Source of the DNA: Dehalococcoidia bacterium
GTDB taxonomy: Bacteria; Chloroflexota; Dehalococcoidia; Lucifugimonadales; G958296245
Assembly (NCBI GenBank): GCA_965262055.1
Contig: CBDHEI010000002.1
Coordinates: 3,156,347-3,220,346 of the forward strand
Reading direction: 5' to 3'
Length of the DNA stretch: 64,000 nucleotides
Position numbers and translations under genes: made by a program. The notes below the pieces were generated by a model that ran no database searches, was not told the DNA's origin, and worked only from the letters and a program-made list of their open reading frames with translations. Positions 1 to 8,567 of this stretch are shown piece after piece (the stretch's first letter is position 1; each line of letters opens with the position of its first letter).

Positions 1-217
1 CCATCCCCGTTGCGATGCCTAGTTGCGGTGACCATCGCCGTGCGGGGTATAGTGTACCGCACTGGCGGTATCTCTACAGGACGGCAGCGCCCCGGTGCCA
101 CAAGTCGCGCCACGATCCCGGCTGCTCTACAGCCGGTTGTGAAACATGACGGCTCCGAAGGTGCGGGCGCCCGTGCGCGCTAGGGCCGTCTGGTCTATGG
201 CGTTCATCGCGTGCCGA

Positions 218-226
218 TGCTACAAT
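218..226 (+). promoter_or_regulatory. candidate extended -10 promoter element (TGcTACAAT) for the dapA-like operon
   Basis: tgc (218-220) plus tacaat (221-226) lies ~33 nt upstream of the ATG at 260. There is no convincing -35. The same TGn + TAnAAT/TATATT architecture recurs before infC, tRNA-Ser and the ORF at 16291. Confidence 0.3.
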
Positions 227-259
227 CTCGCCGCCTTTAGACGAAAAGGGGAGGACGCA

Positions 260-1264
260 ATGAGACGCGACGAGCTAAAGAAGCTGATCCAGGGCTCGAT
301 ATGCACGCTGCCCGCACCGTTCGACGAAAACCACCGTGCCGACTACGGTCGGATGTATGAGCTCTGCAAGTTCCTGGTGGACCAGGGGCTGCGCACGGGC
401 AACTCGGTGCTCAAGGTCGCAGCCGCCGGCGGGGAAGGGAGCCAGCTTGCCGACGACGAGTGGGCCGCCATGGTGCAGTCCGTCGTGAGCGCGGCCGACG
501 GCAAGGTGCCGGTGATGGCTGGCATATCGCACAAGGACACCTACAGGACCATTGAGGACGCGAAGAAGGCGCAGGACCTCGGCGCGGTCGGGCTGCAGAT
601 ATCGCCTCCCATCTTCAACGACCCGAAGCAGGACGACCTGCTGCGCCACTACTCCGCCATATCGGACGCCATCGAGATCGGGGTCATGGTCTACAACACG
701 CCGTGGTTCTCCATGCAGATGGGCAAGCGGTATGGGGGAGGGGGTATCCATTCCCTGGGCGACCACCATCCCGACACCATCGTGAAGATGGCAGACTTCG
801 AGCACATCGTCGCCATAAAGTGGTCGGTGTCGGACGACTACGAGTACGAGGAGATGACGCGGTTCGCCCACATCTTCAACGTTTTGGACAACAACACGGA
901 CCCGATGCTCTGCCACAAGCTGGGGGGTAGGGGTTATATCAACACGTTCAACGACGCGTACCCGGCTCACGATATCGAGATATGGAACCTCATGGAGAGC
1001 GGGCGGTACGAGGAGGCGCAGAAGCTGTATATGCACCCGCGCACACCGGAGATGGCGGCCTTCTCGGCGAAGGTCATGGCGAAGTCTGGCGGCATCGCCC
1101 GGATCAAGAAGGGCATCATGGAGGTCATAGGCCAGCCCGTGGGCGCGATGCGTCCTCCGTCGCTGCCGCTGACGGAGGAGGAGGTCGACGAGCTGCGCGA
1201 GATTGTGCGGAGCTGGGGCTGGCCGGTCGTCGAATCGAAGGCCAGGCAGCCTGTGGCGGTCTGA
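260..1264 (+). CDS. dihydrodipicolinate synthase / N-acetylneuraminate lyase family (class I aldolase) protein
   Basis: ORF 146..1264 was trimmed to the ATG at 260, which is preceded by aaaggggagga. The product MRRDELKKLIQG...VPVMAGISHKD...GLQISPPIF resembles the DapA/NAL family. The specific substrate is unknown. Confidence 0.75.
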   Translation: MRRDELKKLIQGSICTLPAPFDENHRADYGRMYELCKFLVDQGLRTGNSVLKVAAAGGEGSQLADDEWAAMVQSVVSAADGKVPVMAGISHKDTYRTIEDAKKAQDLGAVGLQISPPIFNDPKQDDLLRHYSAISDAIEIGVMVYNTPWFSMQMGKRYGGGGIHSLGDHHPDTIVKMADFEHIVAIKWSVSDDYEYEEMTRFAHIFNVLDNNTDPMLCHKLGGRGYINTFNDAYPAHDIEIWNLMESGRYEEAQKLYMHPRTPEMAAFSAKVMAKSGGIARIKKGIMEVIGQPVGAMRPPSLPLTEEEVDELREIVRSWGWPVVESKARQPVAV

Positions 1265-1268
1265 TTCC

Positions 1269-2444
1269 GTGGTTACGGAAGAGGGACGAGGGACCGACTA
1301 CTACTCCAAGCTCGGCGTCCGGAGGGTCATCAACGCCTGGGGGAGCAGCACGGTGCTCGGCGGCTCGGAGTCGTCGCCCGAGGTCGTGCTGGCCATGGAG
1401 CAGGCGAACACCAGCTTCGTTGAGATGGACGACCTGCTGCGGCGCTCGGGCGACTACATCGCCGACGTGCTGGGCACGGAAGCTGCCTATGTGACGGCTG
1501 GCGCGGCAGGGGCGATAGCCCTGGGCACGGCAGCGTGCATGACCGGGGTGGACGAGGAGAAGGTTCGCCGTATCCCCGACACCACCGGCATGAAGAACGA
1601 GGTGGTGCTGCAAAAGGCCCAGCGCTACCGGTACGACAGGTGCTTCACCATGTCGGGGGCGAGGCTGGTGGAGGCCGGGGATGCGGACGGCTGCACGAAG
1701 GAGCAGCTGGCGGCGGCCATCAGGGAGAGCACGGCGGCAGTCGCCTACCAGGTGCAGTACGGGCGCCCGGAGACGGTGCTGTCCATAGAGGACGTGATGG
1801 AGGTCGCCCATGAACACGGGGTGCCGGTGATCTCGGACGCGGCGCCACACAATTACCCGCTGGACTACTTCAGGCGCAACGCGCAGGCGGCCGACCTGGT
1901 CTGCTTCAGCGCGAAGTACTTCCAGGCGCCGCAGACGATAGGGATCATATGCGGGCGGCGCGACCTGATTGAGGCTGTTCGGGCCAACGGCTTCACGGCG
2001 TACCACGCCAAGGAGGCGGGCGTCGTGGAAGCCATGACGAAGTTCCCAGCCGGCGCGTGGGGGCGGACGATGAAGGTGGACCGGCAGGCGCTGGCCGGTG
2101 GGCTGGCGGCCCTGGACCGGTGGTTCTCAATGGACCACGAAGACCGTATCCTGGGGTACCGCGCAGTCATGGAGGCGATCCAGGCCCCCCTGGAGGGCGT
2201 GTCGCACGTCGAGAGCGAGGTTGTCGACGTGCCCAACTTCTGGCAGGTGGAACTGCACGTGCGGCTCGACTCGCTGGCATTGGGCAAGACTGCCGAGCAG
2301 GTGGCGACGGAGCTCGACGCCGGCGACCCGCGCATATGGGTGGCGTTCTTCGGCGCCGGCCAGATAGCGATTAAAACCAATACTATGACGGAGGAAGACG
2401 GCGAGATACTCGGGGACAGGCTGAGGGCCGTGTTGACCCCCTGA
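1269..2444 (+). CDS. SelA-like / DgaE-like pyridoxal-phosphate-dependent enzyme (not bona fide selenocysteine synthase)
   Basis: YYSKLGVRRVINAWGSSTVLGGSESSPEVVLAMEQA...AAYVTAGAAGAIALGTAACMTG is typical of the SelA-related aminotransferase/ammonia-lyase family. The start was set to the GTG at 1269, just after the upstream stop; this start is uncertain. Confidence 0.6.
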   Translation: MVTEEGRGTDYYSKLGVRRVINAWGSSTVLGGSESSPEVVLAMEQANTSFVEMDDLLRRSGDYIADVLGTEAAYVTAGAAGAIALGTAACMTGVDEEKVRRIPDTTGMKNEVVLQKAQRYRYDRCFTMSGARLVEAGDADGCTKEQLAAAIRESTAAVAYQVQYGRPETVLSIEDVMEVAHEHGVPVISDAAPHNYPLDYFRRNAQAADLVCFSAKYFQAPQTIGIICGRRDLIEAVRANGFTAYHAKEAGVVEAMTKFPAGAWGRTMKVDRQALAGGLAALDRWFSMDHEDRILGYRAVMEAIQAPLEGVSHVESEVVDVPNFWQVELHVRLDSLALGKTAEQVATELDAGDPRIWVAFFGAGQIAIKTNTMTEEDGEILGDRLRAVLTP

Positions 2445-2471
2445 GTAGCGCAGTCTGTGGGAGCGAATCGC

Positions 2472-3194
2472 ATGAGGACCAACAAGGTACTGGAGAAGAT
2501 GAAGCAGGGAAAGAGGGCGGTTGGCTGCGCCCTCGTCTTTCCCTCCACTGATCTCGTGGAGCTGATCGGCATGGCTGGGATGGACTTCGTCTACATAGAC
2601 TTCGAGCACGGTGGCTTCTCGCCGGAGTCCATCGTGGACATGTGCAGGGTGGCCAACCTGTACGACGTGACTCCCATAGGCAGGGCACCGGACATTCTGC
2701 CGTCGACGATAGGCAGGCTGCTCGACTGGGGATACCAGGGCGTCGAGGGTCCGCACGTGGGGACTCGCGCCGACGCGCAGCAGCTTGTGGACGCGTGCTA
2801 CTACGCCCCCATGGGCAAGCGCAGCCTGGGGGCCAGCCGGGGCGCGGCGTACGGCGCCAGCGGGCCCGCGACGGAGTACACGCAGGAGGCCAATTCTCAG
2901 ATATACGTCTTCGCGCTGCTGGAAGACCTCCGGGCCGCGGAGAACATCGAGGAGATAGTGGAGGTCGACGGCATCCACTCGTACCACATCGGCACCAACG
3001 ACCTGGCGCAGTCGATGGGGCTGCCCGGACAGCCGAACCATCCCAAGGTGCAGGAAGTGGCGGACCGCATGGTCGACGCCATCCACGCCGCCGGCAAGAA
3101 GACGTCGGAGGAGCTGGTTGCGGCCGCCCGTGGTACAAACATCTTCCTCGACGGGGCTAAGGCGTTCGTGGCCGAAGTGGCCGCGTCCGGGTAG
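2472..3194 (+). CDS. HpcH/HpaI family 2-keto-3-deoxy-acid aldolase
   Basis: MRTNKVLEKMKQGKRAVGCALVFPSTDLVELIGMAGMDFVYIDFEHG is a classic HpcH/HpaI N-terminus. The ATG at 2472 lies within ORF 2457..3194. Confidence 0.75.
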   Translation: MRTNKVLEKMKQGKRAVGCALVFPSTDLVELIGMAGMDFVYIDFEHGGFSPESIVDMCRVANLYDVTPIGRAPDILPSTIGRLLDWGYQGVEGPHVGTRADAQQLVDACYYAPMGKRSLGASRGAAYGASGPATEYTQEANSQIYVFALLEDLRAAENIEEIVEVDGIHSYHIGTNDLAQSMGLPGQPNHPKVQEVADRMVDAIHAAGKKTSEELVAAARGTNIFLDGAKAFVAEVAASG

Positions 3195-3229
3195 GTACCT
3201 CGCCCTACGAGCGCCATCGAAGACGCATT

Positions 3230-4048
3230 GTGGCCCGTGGGCCTGCTGTGCCGGTTGCGGGGCCGCGAGTGTTTCTGAGTCATTCCATCGCGTTTCGGCT
3301 GCTGTGGCTGCTCGCCTTCGCGGCGGTGGTCGCCCCCCTTTCGTGCGTCGATCGCCCTAGGGTTGCGGAGCTTGGGCTGACGGAGCTAGACGCCGCCGGA
3401 GCTTGTTTCCCTGCCGGCAGGCTCGAAGTGGTAGCGGGCGACGAGTGGAAGCTGACTGGAGATCTCCGGTCTCTGGATGTCTACGGCGGCGGTGAGCAGT
3501 CAGCGGCCTTCGTCACCACCCACATCAGCGTGACCGGCATCTACGACGGGGTCACCGAGTCGGGCGGCGAACAGGTCATCGTGCGCGGAGGGGTAGTGGA
3601 GGGGACCATGGAGGACCGCTCCGACGAGAGGGGAGTGCCTCCGGCGCCCGCGTTGCCTTTTTCTAACTCCACCGTATCGTCCATCGACCAAGGGCCAGTC
3701 CTGACTATCGATTGGGAGTGTCATCGGAACGCCTGGCTGTCGCACGTGGACGTGAGCGAGAAGAGGACGCCGGAGAAGTTCAGGGGGCCCACGAAGTACC
3801 AGCGGATCGTCGAGGAAAGGATCCTGGGCTCCGGCATGGAGGTGATCGTCTTCAAGCTCAAGCGGGACGAGCCGGGACTGATCAGCTCCAGGTTCACGAC
3901 CTTCGTCACGAGTTTCGGGTACGATAGGGAGACGGGTAGGCTGGTACTCAGAGAGGTCAGCACCTTCGGCATACAGGAGGAGGAGACCTTCGGCACGTTC
4001 TCCTCGCAGGAGCTGGTGGCGGAGGACGAGCCGCCCGCTCTGGAGTGA
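3230..4048 (+). CDS. hypothetical secreted protein or lipoprotein
   Basis: The N-terminus is hydrophobic (LLWLLAFAAVVAPLSC) and lipobox-like. I recognise no family. The start is uncertain. Confidence 0.4.
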   Translation: MARGPAVPVAGPRVFLSHSIAFRLLWLLAFAAVVAPLSCVDRPRVAELGLTELDAAGACFPAGRLEVVAGDEWKLTGDLRSLDVYGGGEQSAAFVTTHISVTGIYDGVTESGGEQVIVRGGVVEGTMEDRSDERGVPPAPALPFSNSTVSSIDQGPVLTIDWECHRNAWLSHVDVSEKRTPEKFRGPTKYQRIVEERILGSGMEVIVFKLKRDEPGLISSRFTTFVTSFGYDRETGRLVLREVSTFGIQEEETFGTFSSQELVAEDEPPALE

Positions 4049-4079
4049 AACACGGCGTCCACAGCTGGAGGCAGCAGAT

Positions 4080-4556
4080 ATGTCAGACACCAACGCCGCT
4101 GGCAGGGCTGAGCGGATGGAGCAGCTTATACGCACGTATTTCGAGGGGTGCAACGAGGCCGACGCCGAGAAGATGACCTCGTGCTTCGTGCCGGATGCAG
4201 TGCACTACTTCCCGCCGGACATGTACGACGGCCCATGGATGTCGGCGCGAAGGATCGCCGAGGGGTGGCAGGCAGCGGTGGACAAGCTGGGCTCGTACTG
4301 GGTCATCGACCGGCTGGTTACCGACGCCGAGCGCCACGAGGCTGTGATCGAGTGGTCGCACTTCAAGACCAAGCAGGGCGTGGTGCTGCGCGGGGCCGAG
4401 TGGTACGAGTTCGACGAAGAGACCGGCCTGATCAAGGAGCTGCGCGCCTACTACGCCTCCCCCCAGGACAAGGGGCTGGACAGGCTGGAGCTCGGAGGAA
4501 TGGACTACGAGGGACGTGGTTACTCGATGGCGCCCCCGGCAGGCGCGAGGGACTGA
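4080..4556 (+). CDS. SnoaL-like / NTF2-fold protein
   Basis: LIRTYFEGCNEADAEKMTSCFVPDAVHYFP is typical of the SnoaL/ketosteroid-isomerase-like domain. Confidence 0.55.
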   Translation: MSDTNAAGRAERMEQLIRTYFEGCNEADAEKMTSCFVPDAVHYFPPDMYDGPWMSARRIAEGWQAAVDKLGSYWVIDRLVTDAERHEAVIEWSHFKTKQGVVLRGAEWYEFDEETGLIKELRAYYASPQDKGLDRLELGGMDYEGRGYSMAPPAGARD

Positions 4557-4586
4557 GCGGCGCCGTCACTGTAGGAGGGAGTCGTA

Positions 4587-6326
4587 ATGCAAGAGACAGC
4601 GGAAAGCGACCTGTCGGAATTGAGGAAGCGCATTCGCCACTCGGCGTCCCACGTCATGGCGGATGTGGTAACCAGGATGTACCCGGGTACGCGTCTTGCG
4701 ATAGGCCCGCCTACGGATGACGGCTTCTACTACGACTTCGACACCCCGGAGCCCTTCTCCGACGACGACCTAGAGCGCATCGAAGAGCGCATGAGGGACG
4801 TCATAGCGCGGGACTTCAGTTTCGAGCTCCAGGAGTACCCGCGGGACGAGGCGTTGGAGATGCACTCCGGCGAGCCGATGAAGCTGGAGATAATCGGCGA
4901 GATCCCGGAAGGCGACTCGATCACCACCTACCGCCACGGCGAGTTCGAGGACCTGTGCGCCGGGCCGCACGTCGAGTCTACGGGCAAGATACCCGCCTTC
5001 AAGCTGCTGAGCGTGGCTGGGGCGTACTGGCGCGGCGACGAGCGGCGGCAGATGCTCCAGCGCGTGTACGGGACGGCGTTCGAGTCGCAGGAGGCGCTGG
5101 ACGAGCACCTGAGCCGGCTGGAGGAGGCGAGGAGACGCGATCATCGGCATCTCGGGCGACAGCTAGACTTATTCTCCATGCACGACGAGACCGGCCCAGG
5201 GCTGATCGTGTGGCACCCGAAGGGGGCGACAGTGCGTGGGATCGTGGAGGAGTTCTGGAAGGGGGAGCACCGCCGCCGGGGGTACGATCTCGTCTATACC
5301 CCGCACATAGGGCGTTCCACCCTCTGGCAGACCAGCGGCCACCTCGATTTCTTCAAGGAGAACATGTTCGCGGCGATGGAGATGGAAGGGTACGACTACT
5401 ACCTGAAGCCGATGAACTGCCCGTTCCACATCCTCTACTACAAGACGGACCTACGCAGCTACCGCAGCCTGCCGATGCGGGTAGGGGAGTTGGGCACGGT
5501 GTACCGGAACGAGCGCGCCGGTGTAGTCCATGGGCTTCTCCGCGTGAGGGGAATGACGCAGGACGACGCCCATATCTTCTGCCGTCCCGACCAAGTCGAG
5601 GACGAGATCAACGGGGTGCTCGACCTGACATTCTTCTTGATGAAGAGCTTCGGCTTCGACGAATACGACGTGATGCTGTCCACGCGCCCCGAGAAGGCTG
5701 TGGGCGAGGTAGAGCAGTGGGAGCTTGCCACCGCGTCGCTGCGCAATACGCTAGAAGCCCGGGGCATAGAGTATGGCGTGGACGAGGGCGGGGGAGCCTT
5801 CTACGGGCCGAAGATCGACATACATATCAGGGACGCCATCGGCCGGCTCTGGCAGTGCACGACCGTCCAGTTCGACTTCAACCTGCCCGAGCGGTTCGGG
5901 CTGACCTACATCGGCGAAGACGGGCGGGAGCACAGACCGTACATGGTCCACCGGGCGTTGCTGGGGTCGCTGGAGCGCTTCATGGGGGTGCTGATCGAGC
6001 ACTACAGCGGGGCCTTCCCCACGTGGCTGTCCCCCGTGCAGGCCGTGGTTATCCCGATTGCCGAGAGGCACTTGGAGTATGCGCGTCAGGTTCAGGAGCA
6101 GATCGCCGGCGCCGGCATCAGGGTGGAGACCGACGACCGCAATGAACGCATGAACGCGAAGATCAGGGACGCGCAACTCCAGAAGGTGCCCTACATGCTG
6201 GTCGTGGGCGACCGGGAGGCAGAGGCCGAAGCGGCAGCCGTTCGTCTGCGCTCAGGCGAGAACCTCGGGGCCGTGCCGGTCTCGCAGGTGATCGAAAGGA
6301 TATCCTCGGAGAACAGGCCCGCTTGA
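4587..6326 (+). CDS. thrS: threonine--tRNA ligase (short form without the N-terminal TGS domain)
   Basis: The editing-domain motif RHSASHVMADVV sits at residues ~17-28, followed by the class II core (NCPFHILYY, RVRGMTQDDAHIF) and a C-terminal anticodon-binding region. Confidence 0.9.
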   Translation: MQETAESDLSELRKRIRHSASHVMADVVTRMYPGTRLAIGPPTDDGFYYDFDTPEPFSDDDLERIEERMRDVIARDFSFELQEYPRDEALEMHSGEPMKLEIIGEIPEGDSITTYRHGEFEDLCAGPHVESTGKIPAFKLLSVAGAYWRGDERRQMLQRVYGTAFESQEALDEHLSRLEEARRRDHRHLGRQLDLFSMHDETGPGLIVWHPKGATVRGIVEEFWKGEHRRRGYDLVYTPHIGRSTLWQTSGHLDFFKENMFAAMEMEGYDYYLKPMNCPFHILYYKTDLRSYRSLPMRVGELGTVYRNERAGVVHGLLRVRGMTQDDAHIFCRPDQVEDEINGVLDLTFFLMKSFGFDEYDVMLSTRPEKAVGEVEQWELATASLRNTLEARGIEYGVDEGGGAFYGPKIDIHIRDAIGRLWQCTTVQFDFNLPERFGLTYIGEDGREHRPYMVHRALLGSLERFMGVLIEHYSGAFPTWLSPVQAVVIPIAERHLEYARQVQEQIAGAGIRVETDDRNERMNAKIRDAQLQKVPYMLVVGDREAEAEAAAVRLRSGENLGAVPVSQVIERISSENRPA

Positions 6327-6681
6327 TCTATCCTGCCCATCTTGTCTATGCATGTTCCATCATGCGGATCACGGTTGACGGCCGCGAACACGAGTGCTAG
6401 AGTTCTTCCTGTGGCACGGACGACTCCGGACGCGGTGACTGCGCTGCCGGGGTGGAGCCTCGGAGACCCTGCCCTGAGCCTGCAAAGATTGGGCGTGTCA
6501 CATTGGTGCCACATTCCGTCACATCCGTGTCGCGTTCGTGTACCCTGCTGTAATGTGGGCCATAGCTGAAGGGTGACAGAATGTTACAGGTTCAAAGGGG
6601 ACCCGCCGTATTTCGATGAGCAAGACCGGCGCGAGCGGCGGCCTTAGGTGCGATTCCAATGGCTGAATACCAAGGTTCTTG

Positions 6682-6711
6682 TTGCCCATGACTTGCGCGT
6701 TGTGCTATATT
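6682..6711 (+). promoter_or_regulatory. candidate sigma70-type promoter of infC-rpmI-rplT
   Basis: TTGCCC (6682-6687), an 18-nt spacer, then TGc-TATATT (-10 at 6706-6711). It lies ~38 nt upstream of the infC GTG. Confidence 0.45.
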
Positions 6712-6748
6712 CCTTGCTGTTCATTTTGGCCAGTATGGCCTCCGAGAG

Positions 6749-7321
6749 GTGGGAAGAATACCTAAAGACTATAGGATCAACGGACGGATCAGGGTTCAGC
6801 AGGTCCGGCTCATAGACGAAACGGGCAAGCAACTAGGTGTGATGCCGACCCGGACCGCCATGGACACTGCGCAGGCTCGCGGTCTGGATCTGGTTGAGGT
6901 TGCGCCCAACGCGGCGCCGCCGGTGTGCAGGCTTCTCGACTACGGCAAGTTCCGCTACGAGGTGACGCGCAAGGAGCGGGAGGCCCGCAAGGGGCAGAAG
7001 TCGAAGGGAGGAGCGCAGCAGCAGCGGGAGGTCCGCTTCAAGACGCGGATCGGCGACCACGACCGGGAGACGAAGACGAGACTGGTCAAGCGGCTTCTGG
7101 AGGAGGGGTCTAAGGTGCGGGTCTCCGTGTCGTTCAGGGCGCGCGAGATCACCCACCCCGAGTTCGGGATGGCCGTCTTGAGGAGGGTCGCCGAAGACCT
7201 GATCGAGGACGCAGAGATGGAGAAGACTCCCGGGTTCGAAGGTCGGTTCCTGACAATGGTCCTCGTGCCCACCGATAAGAAGGCCCCCGAGCAGAAGGAG
7301 CCGCAGAGTGCCAAAGCTTAA
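6749..7321 (+). CDS. infC: translation initiation factor IF-3
   Basis: YRINGRIRVQQVRLIDETGKQLGVM...LDLVEVAPNAAPPVCRLLDYGKFRYE. The start is the GTG at 6749, preceded by gagagg. Confidence 0.9.
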   Translation: MGRIPKDYRINGRIRVQQVRLIDETGKQLGVMPTRTAMDTAQARGLDLVEVAPNAAPPVCRLLDYGKFRYEVTRKEREARKGQKSKGGAQQQREVRFKTRIGDHDRETKTRLVKRLLEEGSKVRVSVSFRAREITHPEFGMAVLRRVAEDLIEDAEMEKTPGFEGRFLTMVLVPTDKKAPEQKEPQSAKA

Positions 7322-7511
7322 GACCCACAAGGGAGCGGCGCGCCGCTTCCATATAACGGGGACCGGCAAGCTCCGGCGCATGAAGGGCCACAAGAGCCAC
7401 CTGCGCCGCAAGAAGCCCGCGAACGTCCGACGCCTGTACAGCAAGAAGCTGAAACTGGGTCAGGGCGACGAGAAGAGGATCAGACGCCTCCTCCCGAATG
7501 GACTGCCGTAG
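7308..7511 (+). CDS. rpmI: 50S ribosomal protein L35
   Basis: MPKLKTHKGAARRFHITGTGKLRRMKGHKSHL. It overlaps the end of infC. Confidence 0.9.
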   Translation: MPKLKTHKGAARRFHITGTGKLRRMKGHKSHLRRKKPANVRRLYSKKLKLGQGDEKRIRRLLPNGLP

Positions 7512-7558
7512 GGCAGGCAAGTTCGAGGGAGAGAATGCAAAGAGAACGGGGTAGCTAG

Positions 7559-7936
7559 TTGACCAGAATAAAGAGGGGTGTCACCAGACACCGGCGCCAC
7601 AAGAAGATACTAAGCCAGACCAAGGGCCACAAGGGCGGGCGCCACACGCTTGTCAGGCAGGCCCGCGAGTCGCTGATCCACGCGCTCAGCTACTCCTACG
7701 CGCACCGCAAAGAGAAGAAGGGCGACATGCGCAGGATGTGGAACGTGCGCATCAACGCGGCCGCCCGCGCCAACGGCCTCTCATACAGCAAGCTGATCCA
7801 CGGGATGAAGCTTGGCAGCATCGAGGTGAACCGGAAGATGCTCGCGGAGCTCGCGATGCTCGACCCCGGCGGCTTCTCCAGCATTGCGGCCCAGGCCAAG
7901 CAGAACCTGGGGCTCGCCTCGACCGCCGCGGCTTAG
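7559..7936 (+). CDS. rplT: 50S ribosomal protein L20
   Basis: M(TTG)TRIKRGVTRHRRHKKILSQTKGHKGGR...RINAAARANGLSYSKLIHG. Confidence 0.9.
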   Translation: MTRIKRGVTRHRRHKKILSQTKGHKGGRHTLVRQARESLIHALSYSYAHRKEKKGDMRRMWNVRINAAARANGLSYSKLIHGMKLGSIEVNRKMLAELAMLDPGGFSSIAAQAKQNLGLASTAAA

Positions 7937-7942
7937 CGCTGC

Positions 7943-8563
7943 CTACTCGTACAGCCTTCGAAGCCAGCTTACGAATCTGTTGCTGTCTTCCCCCTGAGTG
8001 TTCAGGTCCCCTGCGCCTATTGCCAAGCCCATAGGACGGGGGTCGCTTCGCGTCGCTAGCCAAGCGTAGACCTTGGCCCTCAGAGTCTTTCCCTCAGCGA
8101 ACTTGCGGTCAGCTTCAGGGATGCCGTTGACGTAGTCTTCGGACAAAGGCCACACCGCATCGTCGTGCGGAATCATCTCAGCGATGAAGTCCTCGAGTTC
8201 GCCCGGCGATTTGTTATCGGGCATCATCCAGATGCCCACACGGGGCCTGCCGGCTATAATCGTACCGCCCGGATCTGGACTGCTGGGCGGTTCCATACCC
8301 GTTGCTCGTATCCTATCCACCACGGCCTGCCAGCGGGCGTTCGGATCGTCGTTCGCGTCCACCAGGATGCCAAGGGCGGTACGTTCTTCAACCAGTATCT
8401 CCCCGCGGATGCTACGTACGAGTGCAGGTACTCCATCCTTCTCTCGAATGGAGAACGGAGGCATCTTTAAGGAGGAACGTGAAAGGTGTAGAACAACGTG
8501 CATATCATCGCGACCTTCTACAAGAAGCACGCGCTCTTCGTCCGATGCCCCGCCGTCCGTCAT
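7943..8563 (-). CDS. small Toprim-like protein (DUF4276/DUF4435/RloB-like partner of the ABC-type ATPase); candidate nuclease
   Basis: RVLLVEGRDDMHVV provides the Toprim acidic Glu in a VEG context, and LGILVDANDD provides a DxD-type acidic cluster. The start lies 4 nt after the ATPase stop. The region is more AT-rich than its flanks. Confidence 0.55.
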   Translation of the reverse strand: MTDGGASDEERVLLVEGRDDMHVVLHLSRSSLKMPPFSIREKDGVPALVRSIRGEILVEERTALGILVDANDDPNARWQAVVDRIRATGMEPPSSPDPGGTIIAGRPRVGIWMMPDNKSPGELEDFIAEMIPHDDAVWPLSEDYVNGIPEADRKFAEGKTLRAKVYAWLATRSDPRPMGLAIGAGDLNTQGEDSNRFVSWLRRLYE

Positions 8564-8567
8564 AGGC

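Noticed and set aside
1269-2444. SelA-like gene as supporting evidence for selenocysteine decoding in this organism
   Set aside because: The sequence looks like the SelA-related/DgaE-type PLP enzymes embedded in a catabolic aldolase operon, not true selenocysteine synthase. It should not be counted in favour of the TGA-at-Cys hypothesis at 17686.
6342-6832. ORFs 6342..6569 (+) and 6644..6832 (-) in the thrS-infC spacer
   Set aside because: They have no SD, atypical composition and no recognisable motifs. The second overlaps the predicted infC promoter and start. They are treated as non-coding.
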